Positions 28,274 to 38,981 of a stretch of 64,000 nucleotides of DNA are shown here, in pieces. The DNA comes from an uncultured Hormoscilla sp. (GTDB taxonomy: Bacteria; Cyanobacteriota; Cyanobacteriia; Cyanobacteriales; Desertifilaceae). Both the position numbers and the translations under genes were made by a program. Numbering within the stretch: position 1 is the stretch's first letter; every line of letters starts with the position of its first letter. The stretch spans positions 4,736,001-4,800,000 of the forward strand of contig OZ001293.3 in NCBI GenBank assembly GCA_963921275.4. The letters are read 5' to 3'. The notes beneath the pieces are model-generated. The model searched no databases, had not been told where the DNA came from, and worked only from the letters and a program-made list of their open reading frames with translations.

Positions 28274-29704
28274 TTAGACGGTATCCATTGCCTCGAACTC
28301 GAACTTGATTTCCTTCCACAGTTCGCAAGCAACTGCCAATTCTGGACTCCACTTGCAGGCTTCGCGGATCACATCGCCACCTTCGCGGAACAGGTTCCGA
28401 CCTTCGTTGCGTGCTTGAATGCAAGCTTCCAGGGCCACCCGGTTAGCGGTAGCACCGGGAGCGTTGCCCCAGGGGTGCCCCAGGGTGCCGCCGCCGAATT
28501 GCAGGCAAGCATCGTCACCGAAGATTTCTACCAGTGCCGGCATGTGCCAAACGTGAATACCGCCAGAAGCTACGGGCATGACACCAGGCATGGAGGCCCA
28601 GTCTTGGGTGAAGTAAATACCCCGTTCCCGATCGCGTTCGATGTGGTCTTCCCGCATCAAGTCCACAAAGCCCATGGTGATGCCTTTTTCGCCTTCCAGC
28701 TTACCCACCACAGTCCCGGAGTGCAGGTGGTCGCCACCGGACATCCGCAAGCACTTGGCCAGCACCCGGAAGTGAATGCCGTGGGCTTTCTGCCGGTCGA
28801 TCACGGCGTGCATGGCCCGGTGGATATGTAGTAGCAGACCGTTGCGACGGCACCACTTAGCCAGGGTAGTGTTGGCCGTAAAGCCACCGGTGAGGTAGTC
28901 GTGCATGATGATCGGCGTACCCAGTTCCTTGGCGAACTCGGCCCGTTCCAGCATTTCTTCACAGGTGGGGGCGGTGACGTTCAGGTAGTGACCTTTGATT
29001 TCACCGGTTTCCGCCTGGGCTTTCTCGATCGCCTCTTGCACGAAGGCGAAGCGATCGCGCCAGCGCATGAAGGGCTGCGAATTAATATTTTCGTCGTCCT
29101 TAGTGAAGTCCAGACCGCCACGCAAGCATTCATAGACTGCGCGACCGTAGTTCTTCGCCGACAGACCCAGCTTCGGTTTAATCGTACAACCCAGCAGCGG
29201 GCGTCCGTACTTGTTCAGCTTATCCCGTTCTACCACAATCCCGTGGGGGGGGCCTTGGAAAGTCTTCAGGTAGGCGATCGGGATGCGCAGGTCTTCCAAG
29301 CGCAGGGCCCGTAAGGCTTTGAAGCCAAATACGTTCCCCACGATGGAGGTTAACATATTGGTGACCGAGCCTTCTTCAAACAGATCCAGGGGATAGGCAA
29401 CAAAGCAGATGAACTGGTTATCTTCACCGGGAACCGCCTCAATATCATAGCAGCGACCTTTGTAGCGGTCCAGGTCCGTCAACAGGTCCGTCCACACCGT
29501 CGTCCATGTACCGGTGGATGACTCGGCTGCTACCGCCGCACCTGCTTCTTCTGGAGGAACTCCTGGCTGAGGCGTGACGCGGAAAGCCGCCAGAATATCT
29601 GTATCTTTGGGCGTGTAGTCCGGAGTGTAATAGGTCAATTTATAGTCCTTTACCCCGGCTTGATACCCGGCTTTTGTCTGAGTTGTGGTTGTACTGTAAG
29701 ACAT
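28274..29704 (-). CDS. rbcL: RuBisCO large subunit, form IB
   Basis: [11 protein letters not shown] catalytic motif; full length 476 aa. Confidence 0.99.
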   Translation of the reverse strand: MSYSTTTTQTKAGYQAGVKDYKLTYYTPDYTPKDTDILAAFRVTPQPGVPPEEAGAAVAAESSTGTWTTVWTDLLTDLDRYKGRCYDIEAVPGEDNQFICFVAYPLDLFEEGSVTNMLTSIVGNVFGFKALRALRLEDLRIPIAYLKTFQGPPHGIVVERDKLNKYGRPLLGCTIKPKLGLSAKNYGRAVYECLRGGLDFTKDDENINSQPFMRWRDRFAFVQEAIEKAQAETGEIKGHYLNVTAPTCEEMLERAEFAKELGTPIIMHDYLTGGFTANTTLAKWCRRNGLLLHIHRAMHAVIDRQKAHGIHFRVLAKCLRMSGGDHLHSGTVVGKLEGEKGITMGFVDLMREDHIERDRERGIYFTQDWASMPGVMPVASGGIHVWHMPALVEIFGDDACLQFGGGTLGHPWGNAPGATANRVALEACIQARNEGRNLFREGGDVIREACKWSPELAVACELWKEIKFEFEAMDTV

Positions 29705-30016
29705 GAAATCCCTTACCTTGACTTATTTTCTTGGCTAGTTCTTCAGACTATATCAATATGCTCTCTCCCCAAGCTCTCAACTTCTTGATTTGCAAATAAT
29801 CCTTACTTATGTTTACCTTTTTTTATATTTCGCAATCTTCTTGACAAAAATAACTTTTACTGTATGGGCAGATCTCGCGGCATTATGGACATATACCCCC
29901 CCCGACCCTGCCCGACAGTTCGGGGAGCGGAGGGGGCGTTACCCGGGGAGCTGGTTCCCAGGCAGAGCCTGGGAACCAGCTTGACAAAACTTCATGAAAA
30001 GCAATAAGATTGCCGA

Positions 30017-30133
30017 TCGATGTCTGAGGGGTTTTTGCGTCACTGCACGCTCCGGGCCCCCTACGCTGCGAGGGGGAGGCCGGGAGCCTGTAGCCGTGGC
30101 GAAGCATGGCTGCATCCCGATTTTTCGGGAACG
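30017..30133 (+). repeat. About 117-bp GC-rich dispersed repeat; inverted copy at 39973-40091
   Basis: TCGATGTCTGAGGGGTTTTTGCGTCACTGCACGCTCCGGGCCCC...CCCGATTTTTC. Confidence 0.85.
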
Positions 30134-30169
30134 GTAGACATCGAAGCTGAGGGGCTAGACTTTGGGCTT

Positions 30170-30943
30170 ATGGCAGTTACAATCGCGAACTTGAGGCAAT
30201 GGAAGCAGCAGGGACGGGCGATCGTCACCCTGACAGCCTGGGATTATGCCTTGGCTCAGTTGTTGGATGCATCTGGTGTGGATGTAATTCTGGTGGGAGA
30301 CTCCCTGGGGATGGTGGCCTTAGGTTATGAAACGACGCTGCCAGTGACGCTGGAAGAGATGCTGCACCATGCTAAGGCAGTGCGGCGGGGGGTGAAGCAA
30401 GCATTGGTAGTCTGCGATCTGCCGTTTTTGAGCTATCAGGAGAGTCCCTCGCAAGCCCTGCACTCAGCTGGCAGGGTGCTGAAGGAAACCGGTGCTGGGG
30501 CAGTGAAGTTGGAAGGGGGATATCCCGCGATCGCAGAAACTGTGGCACGTCTGGTAAATGCTGGCATTCCGGTGATGGGCCATGTGGGCTTGACGCCCCA
30601 GTCCGTGCGTCAGCTGGGTTATCGCCAGCAAGGAAAGACCCCAGCAGAGGCAGAAAGAATCCTCCAAGAGGCGATCGCCCTAGCAGACGCCGGTGCTTTT
30701 GCAGTCATCTTAGAGCATGTTCCCAGTGAGTTGGCCGCAACCATTACGGAACAACTACCAATTCCCACTATTGGCATTGGTGCCGGTCCCCACTGCGACG
30801 GACAGGTCCTAGTTACTGCTGACTTGCTGGGCCTTTCAGATCGCATGCCCCCCTTTGCCAAGTCCTATGCCAATTTGCGCCAGACTATTACTCAGGCGGT
30901 ACAAGATTTTGGTACCCAGGTGCGCGATCGGGAGTTTCCCTAG
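30170..30943 (+). CDS. panB: 3-methyl-2-oxobutanoate hydroxymethyltransferase
   Basis: [35 protein letters not shown]; start moved to MAVTI. Confidence 0.95.
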   Translation: MAVTIANLRQWKQQGRAIVTLTAWDYALAQLLDASGVDVILVGDSLGMVALGYETTLPVTLEEMLHHAKAVRRGVKQALVVCDLPFLSYQESPSQALHSAGRVLKETGAGAVKLEGGYPAIAETVARLVNAGIPVMGHVGLTPQSVRQLGYRQQGKTPAEAERILQEAIALADAGAFAVILEHVPSELAATITEQLPIPTIGIGAGPHCDGQVLVTADLLGLSDRMPPFAKSYANLRQTITQAVQDFGTQVRDREFP

Positions 30944-31480
30944 ATGGAGTTCACCAGTTCTCAGTAGCGCTGCGCGCACTTCGTAACGGAGTTCGCAGTT
31001 AAGTGGTTGTACAAAATTATTTTTATATTTTTCCACCTCAAACCCCTGTCAGTCGGCGCGGCACTCTGTTGGGTTTCGTGGGTCAACCCAACCTACAGAT
31101 GATGAGACTTGTCCGACGATCGCAGGTAGGGTTTGAGACTAGGAATTTGTTCGATCGCGCCCCAACTAGATGCTTGGTTTTCTGTGTTGAGCGCAAGTAT
31201 GACATTCTTTGTTGGTATTAATATCTTATTTGCTCCCATTCCTTCTTCCCTTTTCGCCGGGCGATGGCTTTCTGTTCGGGGTCTGGGGTGCCGGTTGTTG
31301 CCCATGCTCCTAGGTGGGAGGTTATATATATAGTAGGGGAGGTCTGGGGAAGAGCGGGCACCCATTGCGCTTTCTATGCCCTGACAATTGGCTTCAGGTG
31401 TAGGAGTACATTGGGCCGGGGTTTGGCTCGAATACGGCTCGAATAGCCCTCGCTAATGGCTCGACTCGGGCGAGAGTATA

Positions 31481-31552
31481 GCTCGGTCTCGGCTCGGTCT
31501 CGGCTCGGTCTCGGCTCGGTCTCGGCTCGGTCTCGGCTCGACCTCAGCTCGG
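31481..31552. repeat. 11-bp tandem repeat
   Basis: (GCTCGGTCTCG)n. Confidence 0.85.
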
Positions 31553-32029
31553 GTATCTATCGTCACATTTTTTGGGTGACTTCAGTCACATACGGGGGGG
31601 TGGGGCGGCGCTATTATGCGGCTGGCTCCCTCGGCTATAATTTCTGTATGGCTTCAGTTCTTATCTACATACCGAGGGCGACGTTGGGTCGCCAAAATGG
31701 GTGACTGTCGCCTTGTAATTTACCAGAAAACGGTATTTTTAGACAAATAAATTTGGCAAAATTGCTGTTTGAGTGGTCAAAATTTTTCTAAGTAGCAACT
31801 TGGGTTATGTATGGGCAGAAATTATCACGCTTGAGGTCGAACGGCCAGAGTAATGATCGTACATGTCTGAAGCGATCGGAAGTTGATGCCGTGTTTCCGG
31901 GCAGGTAGGGCCGCCGAAGTTACCTGTGGGTCGCGCCGGGGCAGGTCAGCAGTATTATTATTGATCCGGCAGCTATGCCCCGATCGCCCAGATGCGAACC
32001 TATTGTGTCCGGGCATCCCCCCCGATCGT

Positions 32030-32232
32030 GCCGGGGCACGGCAGTATGACATTGATTAGATTTACCGATCTTGAGTTGATGCGGTACATACAGTCGCGCC
32101 GGGGCACGGCAGTATGACATTGATTAGATTTACCGATCTTGAGTTGATGCGGTACACCTACAGTCGCGCCGGGGCACGGCAGTATGACATTGATTAGATT
32201 TACCGATCTTGAGTTGATGCGGTACACCTACA
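32030..32232. repeat. Three tandem 68-70-bp repeats
   Basis: GCCGGGGCACGGCAGTATGACATTGATTAGATTTACCGATCTTGAGTTGATGCGGTACA. Confidence 0.9.
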
Positions 32233-32628
32233 TACATAACATTGGCTCACCTATACCATCTGCTGTCGCGTCTGGGCAGGTTGGCAGTGTTGTCATTGGG
32301 CCTGACCTGGCTGCCATCAAGCTAGATTTTCGGCGACATTAGTGGCCTTTCCCGTGGGAGCAAAACATCGCTGGCTTATCGGAAGCGGTTGGCCCAGGCG
32401 ATCGCCCGGGTTGGTTGGTGCAAGACGACAGTCATCCCCATTCTGAGCACTCGGGACTACCGGGACAACGTGAGGGAAGGAGTTCGGAGTTCGGAGTAGC
32501 GCTGCGCGCACTTCGTAACGGAGTTGGGGATCTCTCTGACGCAATCATGAGGGTTTGAGGCCGGAATGTTGCTGACTCCAAATCAGGGTTTGAGTAGCTG
32601 TCACGCCTCACGTGGGACAAGAACAGCG

Positions 32629-32852
32629 ATGGCGACGATTGTATTCCGGTAGTGCCGTGATTGATGTAGCGGCTGATGGGTGGAAGTGATGCCAATTTCC
32701 TGTAGTGAGTGCCGGTGCTTTTGGCTTCGGGGACTGGCTAATGGCGACGATTGTATTCCGGTAGTGCCGTGATTGATGTAGCGGCTGATGGGTGGAAGTG
32801 ATGCCAATTTCCTGTAGTGAGTGCCGGTGCTTTTGGCTTCGGGGATTGGCTA
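32629..32852. repeat. 112-bp tandem duplication
   Basis: ATGGCGACGATTGTATTCC... at 32629 and 32741. Confidence 0.9.
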
Positions 32853-33091
32853 ATCCGGGATTTTGGCTGCGCAACAATACTCAAGTTATTCGCTACCGGT
32901 GAAACGCATTTATCGAAAAAGTTGATTTTTTTTGCCGAAAAAGTGGGAAATAGGTGGATGAAGGCAACTTGACAAACGTTACAGCAAGTGCAGTAGGGCA
33001 AAAAATAGGTGGATCTCGAAGTTCAAAAAGGTGGATAAAGGTTGATTGTCATTCAAAAATGAGCTTTGCTATATTGTGATTGAAGCTAAAA

Positions 33092-33529
33092 GCTGCCTAG
33101 ACCTCTGAAGCTAGGTAACAGGCAAGTCAGTCTATTTAATGAGGGGTCAGACACCCCATTAACTGTGACTGGCAAGTAAAGGTAAATTAGCTATGGGGAC
33201 CGGAGAAAAAAGTAGGGAATTTAGAAAAAAAGGTAAAAGAAGATATTGACAGTGGTTGAGGATAGGGTTATAGTAGGGAAGGAGCCGGGAAGCAGGGAAA
33301 AAAGGCCGAGGCTGCCTAGACCTTTGAACCTAGGTAACAGGCGAGTCAGTCTATTTAATGAGGGGTCAGACACCCCATTAACTGTGACTGGCAAGTAAAG
33401 GTAAATTAGCTATGGGGACCGGAGAAAAAAGTAGGGAATTTAGAAAAAAAGGTAAAAGAAGATATTGACAGTGGTTGAGGATAGGGTTATAGTAGGGAAG
33501 GAACCGGAAAGCAGAGAAAAAAGGCCGAG
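33092..33529. repeat. 219-bp tandem duplication
   Basis: GCTGCCTAGACCT... at 33092 and 33311. Confidence 0.9.
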
Positions 33530-33928
33530 ATGGAAAAAAAGGTAAAAGAACATATTGACAGTGGTTAAAGAGAAGGGTCTGCCCTTATATGAGGGGAGTG
33601 ATACTTTTATCCTATCGAATAATGCGGTGCTGCGGGGGTGTGTTTGCCAAAAACAGAATTTGAATGGCAGATAGGAACTGCAGAAAGTGGCTTTAACGAT
33701 GGTGTGGATTTTAACTCTAGCACGAATGGTTCTGGTCATATGGCACTGCTGCCGATGGATGTCAACGGGATGGTCTGAGTGACTTGGTGCAACCGTGGAA
33801 TAATAACCGTCGCGTGTCAATCATTACCTATTGTCATAAGGTATCCCTATGAATGTCACTCTCCGATAACATTTGTCTTTTGGCAATTATAGAGCTTTTG
33901 TATCTAAGCGAGCGGTGGATATCTAATC

Positions 33929-34621
33929 ATGACACAAAATACAGATCGACTAGACAAAGAAGTTCAGTCACTTTTTCAAGGAATCCGAAATAAATTAAAA
34001 TTACCTGAGACAGCTCCCGAAAAGCTGAAATACTATATACAAGAACATAGCGGATTTTCCAGGTACAACCCGATGTTACTATCGGCTGGTGCTGAGAATT
34101 CTCAATCTGTTACTGCCTTATCTGCGGAGTTACAGCGAAACTCTGATGAAGAAGGTGGAGCTTCTGGTGAAGAGTCTCATTTTGCTATCTATACCCAAGG
34201 GCTTCGAGAGTCATTCCAGTTTAAGGTGGATGAGTATAATCTTTCAGCAGAAACAAACCGTTTCCTGGAAACGATGCTTGACATTTGTAAATCAGGTTCT
34301 TCGAGTAAAATCTGTGGTGTTTTTTACGCAACTGAGGCCGGTGCTATTCCAGAGTTAGAGCTAGTTCGCGATCTAACCGATTTGTACTCAAAGTCTCAAC
34401 AGGACTGTCAACCCTCAGAAAAATTGAAATACTTCTTCGATTTTCATCTCAATGGGGTAGAACAGGAACACAAAGATGGTATTGGAATCTTTATCAACCA
34501 GTACGAACAACATGGTCTAAATTTAAGTGAAATCCATGAGGGCTTCTCTAATACTATAACAGCGATGGATACCTGGTGGAGCGATCTGGAACTGACAGTT
34601 TCAGCCAACGATCGACGCTAG
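33929..34621 (+). CDS. Heme-oxygenase-like diiron oxidase/oxygenase (HDO)
   Basis: Helical protein with EE-G-x6-H, YATE and FH-x4-E-x2-H metal-ligand pattern. Confidence 0.75.
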   Translation: MTQNTDRLDKEVQSLFQGIRNKLKLPETAPEKLKYYIQEHSGFSRYNPMLLSAGAENSQSVTALSAELQRNSDEEGGASGEESHFAIYTQGLRESFQFKVDEYNLSAETNRFLETMLDICKSGSSSKICGVFYATEAGAIPELELVRDLTDLYSKSQQDCQPSEKLKYFFDFHLNGVEQEHKDGIGIFINQYEQHGLNLSEIHEGFSNTITAMDTWWSDLELTVSANDRR

Positions 34622-34749
34622 AGGAGCGGCGAAACTAGAGTTCAGTCTCTACCCATAACTGAACTCTAGTATGGGTAGAGAATGTCTATTATTCTCTGCT
34701 GTATTACAATTTTTATTGTGTTGCAAACTTATTTTGACTATAAAAAAGC

Positions 34750-35898
34750 ATGAGTAAACAAACATCAAATCTCAATACAGATAGGGATAGGAAAAATCAG
34801 CTTGAGGAGATCCTGAGTGAGAGCTGGACAAAAGTACTTGGTATCGAAAAAATAGGGAAAGATGATAACTTCTTTGAATTAGGAGGGAATTCTCTGCAAG
34901 CCATTCAAGTTGCTGTTACATTAGCCACAGCTTTACAAGTAGAAATCCCTAAAAATATCCTGTTTGAAAAACAAACCTTAGCCAGTCTAGCAGATGCGAT
35001 CGAGACACTTTCTAAAACAGGTTCTGAACTGCAGCCTACTTCCACCGAACCTGTTTCATCAGAGATCGAAGAGCCTATCCCCTTTCTTGGAAGTCAAGTT
35101 GCTTCTGACCCAAGCAAAACTGCCGCTGAAATCAAAGAAAAGATCAAAGAACTTTACGATCTCTACACGAGAAAACTTAATGCAACAATTTACAACAATA
35201 GTTCAAAGTTTTTGAATTATGGATATATTGATGATGGAAGCCCACAAGAAGCAGTCATAAAATTACCAAAGTACCTACTCCACAAACATAATATTAAATT
35301 AATTCTTGAGTTAATTGGCGATTGCCCACTTACCAATTGCCGAATTCTAGATATCAGTTGCGGTCGAGGTGGAAATGTTGAAGTAATTGCTAAATACTTC
35401 GATACTCAGGAAATTATTGGCCTCGATCTATCTCCAGAAGCAATTGCATTTTGCCAAGTCAACTACAGCTACGATAATGTTCGTTTTGTAGTGGGTGATT
35501 CTGAGAATTTACCTTTTGAAGCCAATCAATTTGATGCGATAACAAATATTGAATCTTCTCACAGTTATGGCGATGTTATTGCCTTTTACAAAGAAGTTCA
35601 TAGGGTACTCAAACCGGGAGGATATTTCTTATATTCAGATTTGATTTTAGCCGAGCGATTGGAACATAACTTATCTGTTCTAGAAGAAATAGGGTTTATA
35701 GTAAAAAGGAATCGAGACATTACCAAACAAGTTTTGTTATCTTGTGAAGAAGCTGCTAAAGTAAACTTACAGGTAATTGAAGTCGATAAAGATTCTCAAG
35801 TAATGAAAGAATTTTTGGCAGTACCTGGAACCAAATTTAATGAGAGTTTTCAAGAAAGAATATGGACCTATAGAATTTTGAGACTGCAAAAAAGTTAA
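34750..35898 (+). CDS. Carrier protein (PCP/ACP) fused to a SAM-dependent methyltransferase
   Basis: DDNFFELGGNSL phosphopantetheine site; FLNYGY; ILDISCGRGG; RVLKPGG. Confidence 0.85.
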   Translation: MSKQTSNLNTDRDRKNQLEEILSESWTKVLGIEKIGKDDNFFELGGNSLQAIQVAVTLATALQVEIPKNILFEKQTLASLADAIETLSKTGSELQPTSTEPVSSEIEEPIPFLGSQVASDPSKTAAEIKEKIKELYDLYTRKLNATIYNNSSKFLNYGYIDDGSPQEAVIKLPKYLLHKHNIKLILELIGDCPLTNCRILDISCGRGGNVEVIAKYFDTQEIIGLDLSPEAIAFCQVNYSYDNVRFVVGDSENLPFEANQFDAITNIESSHSYGDVIAFYKEVHRVLKPGGYFLYSDLILAERLEHNLSVLEEIGFIVKRNRDITKQVLLSCEEAAKVNLQVIEVDKDSQVMKEFLAVPGTKFNESFQERIWTYRILRLQKS

Positions 35899-35900
35899 TC

Positions 35901-36527
35901 ATGAATACAAAAGATAAAGTTAACTGGGTATATAATGTTAATAACAATAGTGAATTGACTGCAAGGTATAATCTCTGGGCAAAAGAATATGACCAAGATT
36001 TGAAAGATGAGTTTGGCTATACAAATCCACTATATGCAGTGGAAGTCTTAGTAAAGTACGTCTCTAGAGATGCCAATATTTTAGATGCAGGAGTAGGAAC
36101 AGGTTGGGTAGGGCAGCTTCTAGATGAGCAAGGCTACCATAACCTAGAAGGAATGGACATGTCAGAAGGTATGCTCTCACAGGCGCGTAACAAGAATATC
36201 TACACCACACTTTACCAGAAGACAATGGGCGAGCCACTTTCTTTTGGGACTAACTCCTTTGATGCTATTATTAGCGTTGGCGTGTTCTCACCTGGGCACG
36301 CCCCAGCCAGTTCTTTTGATGAGTTAATTCGCATTGTTAAACCAGGAGGTTACATTATTTTTACCTTGCGTCCTGACTTTTATCAAAGCAGTGATTTTAA
36401 AGAGAAGATGGCATATCTGGAGATATCCAAAATATGGGAATTGGTAGAAGTTGGAAAACAGTTTAAATGTCTTCCCAAAGGCGAACCTAATATGTACTCT
36501 CAAGTGTGGGCTTATAGGAAAGTTTAA
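35901..36527 (+). CDS. Class I SAM-dependent methyltransferase
   Basis: YNLWAKEYDQDL, ILDAGVGTG, RIVKPGG. Confidence 0.9.
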   Translation: MNTKDKVNWVYNVNNNSELTARYNLWAKEYDQDLKDEFGYTNPLYAVEVLVKYVSRDANILDAGVGTGWVGQLLDEQGYHNLEGMDMSEGMLSQARNKNIYTTLYQKTMGEPLSFGTNSFDAIISVGVFSPGHAPASSFDELIRIVKPGGYIIFTLRPDFYQSSDFKEKMAYLEISKIWELVEVGKQFKCLPKGEPNMYSQVWAYRKV

Positions 36528-36558
36528 TTTTTGATAGTCTGATTTTATTTCTGCGTAC

Positions 36559-37530
36559 ATGGAAAAAAGTATTTGTCAACCTCGTTATCAACCTGCTAAT
36601 TCCTTAGAATCTCCACGATTCACGGGTATACGGACCTTTGCGCGTTTGCCCAATGTGCAAACTGTTGAAGATGTCGATCTAGCTGTGGTCGGTTTACCCT
36701 TTGATACCGGAGTTAACTTTAAAGTTGGTGCCCGTTTTGGTCCTGAGGCAGTAAGGAGTGCTTCAGTTTTGCAGCGTCCCTATAATCCCGAACTCAAAGT
36801 AAATATATTCAAAACCCTTTCCTGTATTGATTATGGTGACGCACCTGTCGTACCAGGGTATATAGAAGACTCTCATAGAGCAATTACAACAACCTTAAGA
36901 CCCCTAGTTGAAGCAGGTATTATTACGCTGGGGATTGGGGGCGATCACAGTATAGCGCTGGCAGAATTGCGAGCCTTAGCCGCAGTACACGGTCCTTTGG
37001 CGATGGTTCATTTTGATGCCCACTGCGATTTATGGGATACTTTCTACGGCCATAAGTACGGTCACGGTTCTCCATTCCGACGAGCTGTTGAGGAAGGATT
37101 ATTATTACCCGAACATTCAATCCAAATTGGGCTGCGAGGAACTCTTTTTGATTACGAAGATTCGCGATATTCACAAGAAATGGGCTTTCTTGCCCTCACA
37201 ACTTCACAATTACTGGCTCAGACTCCTCAAGAAATTGGCGAATTAGTCCGCGAGCGCGTAGGAAATAACAAGGTATTTTTATCCTTTGATATTGATTTCT
37301 TTGACCCAGCTTATGCACCAGGGACTGGTATGCCTGAAGTGGGGGGACCAACAAGCTTTCAAGGTCTTTCCTACTTACGAGCCTGCAAAGGTATTAACTT
37401 AGTTGGTGCTGATGTAGTAGAAATTCTGCCTGCAATGGATCATGCACAAATTACCGCTCAGCTAGGAGCATATGTGGCTTATGAGTTTATGTCCTTAGTA
37501 GCACTGTCGCGCTTGCGGGAAATCTGTTGA
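36559..37530 (+). CDS. Agmatinase-like ureohydrolase (amidinohydrolase)
   Basis: GGDHS, HFDAHCD, GHGSPF, SFDIDFFDP Mn-binding motifs. Confidence 0.9.
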   Translation: MEKSICQPRYQPANSLESPRFTGIRTFARLPNVQTVEDVDLAVVGLPFDTGVNFKVGARFGPEAVRSASVLQRPYNPELKVNIFKTLSCIDYGDAPVVPGYIEDSHRAITTTLRPLVEAGIITLGIGGDHSIALAELRALAAVHGPLAMVHFDAHCDLWDTFYGHKYGHGSPFRRAVEEGLLLPEHSIQIGLRGTLFDYEDSRYSQEMGFLALTTSQLLAQTPQEIGELVRERVGNNKVFLSFDIDFFDPAYAPGTGMPEVGGPTSFQGLSYLRACKGINLVGADVVEILPAMDHAQITAQLGAYVAYEFMSLVALSRLREIC

Positions 37531-37580
37531 TTTAAAGTTCAGCAGTTGATTGGAAACTTGAAGACAAAATTCTTGAAGAC

Positions 37581-38981
37581 ATGGATATTATCTTGAAACT
37601 TGTCGGGTATACTCGCTCGAGACACAATCTCACTTTCCTTTACCAATATCATGAAATCACTTTTACCACTACTCTTTGGTATTCAACAGTTGACTTTCAT
37701 CAACTGGAGGAAGAGTATGGGCAAGAATACATGGGAAAACTGTATTTTCATATTTTATTATTTCATGGTTTAAAAATCTTGAGTTTGAAACCAACTCATC
37801 TAGATCTTGGAGAATATGCTAAATATTGGAGCCCCCAGTTACAAAAAGTTTGGGAAAGAAGTGTTGAACAGTGTTTGGGGCAGTGGAGATATGAATCGGG
37901 CAATATCGATTATTCAGGAGTAGAAGTTATCGCTAAAGATGTTCCCGAACTCAAAATAGAGCCGATAAAGCTGAATGCCCAAGACCCCCCACTTCTTGTC
38001 TGTAATGGTGGAGGAAAAGATAGTGTTTTAATGATTCGTTTATTGGATGAGCGCGCAATTTCTTTCGACACCTTTAGCATCAATTTTCACACTCACGCCT
38101 ATCCAGAAAAGATGTTTGAGTTGAATGAAAAACATCTTGACTACCTCGATCATCCTCCGCAAAAGAACCATCGTCAGTACATTATAGAGTCATTCCTTAA
38201 TTCTCCGGCGGCTAAACTTCATGGAGTAGAAGACTTAGAGATTTCTCTGATGCATAATGATGAAGACCTACCCAACGCTTACGGAGTTTTTGGTATCCTT
38301 CCTATTATTCTTCAAGAAAAATATACAAGTATCTGCTTTGGAAATGAGAGAAGTGCTGAAAGTGAAAATGTTCAGGTAAACGAGCAAATCATTAATCATG
38401 CCTGGAGTAAAACTACTGAATGTGAAATTCTTTACCAGCAATACGTTCAAAAAGAATTTATCGCTAATCTTTCCATCTTCAGTTTCCTGAAACCTTTTTC
38501 AGATGTGTTAGTTTATCGTCTTTTAGCTAAAAAAGTAAATCCAATAAGTCTAGCACTAGCTTATTCATGTAATCTAAATCCTCCTTGGTGTAAATTATGT
38601 CCTAAATGTGCTTATGTTTGGTTATCTTACATGGCTTATCTCGCGCCAGAACAAGTCAAAGCTATAGTCGAAGTTTTTGGAGAAGAAAATCTCTTCGACT
38701 GTTCGGATTTACAGTTTTACTATCGAGGGCTTATGGGTTTAGAAAGTCATAAACCCTTTGAATGTGTTGGAGAGATAGAAGAAAGCAAACTTGCCTTTGA
38801 AAAATGTGTTGAACGAGGAGTTACAGGAAAAGCTGTGGATAGCTATCTTCAAAAAGCCCGTTTAGATAAAGATGAGTATAAAAAGTTATGGGAAAAATAT
38901 AATCAAATCGATCTGTCCTACCAGTATTTACCCCAACAATTCCAGGCTCTTCTTGTTAAAGAATATCAGAATTTAGAATAA
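37581..38981 (+). CDS. PP-loop adenylating enzyme, MurL-like
   Basis: GGGKDS PP-loop, NERSA, INHAWSK, WCKLCPKC, KPFECVGE. Confidence 0.65.
   Translation: MDIILKLVGYTRSRHNLTFLYQYHEITFTTTLWYSTVDFHQLEEEYGQEYMGKLYFHILLFHGLKILSLKPTHLDLGEYAKYWSPQLQKVWERSVEQCLGQWRYESGNIDYSGVEVIAKDVPELKIEPIKLNAQDPPLLVCNGGGKDSVLMIRLLDERAISFDTFSINFHTHAYPEKMFELNEKHLDYLDHPPQKNHRQYIIESFLNSPAAKLHGVEDLEISLMHNDEDLPNAYGVFGILPIILQEKYTSICFGNERSAESENVQVNEQIINHAWSKTTECEILYQQYVQKEFIANLSIFSFLKPFSDVLVYRLLAKKVNPISLALAYSCNLNPPWCKLCPKCAYVWLSYMAYLAPEQVKAIVEVFGEENLFDCSDLQFYYRGLMGLESHKPFECVGEIEESKLAFEKCVERGVTGKAVDSYLQKARLDKDEYKKLWEKYNQIDLSYQYLPQQFQALLVKEYQNLE

Noticed and set aside
28415..29314. Plus-strand ORFs within rbcL
   Set aside because: Antisense shadows of a codon-biased gene
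30020..30169. N-terminal extension of PanB
   Set aside because: Derives from the dispersed repeat, which gives the same peptide at 39894-40088
32030..32232. CRISPR array
   Set aside because: Whole 68-70-bp units repeat; there are no variable spacers
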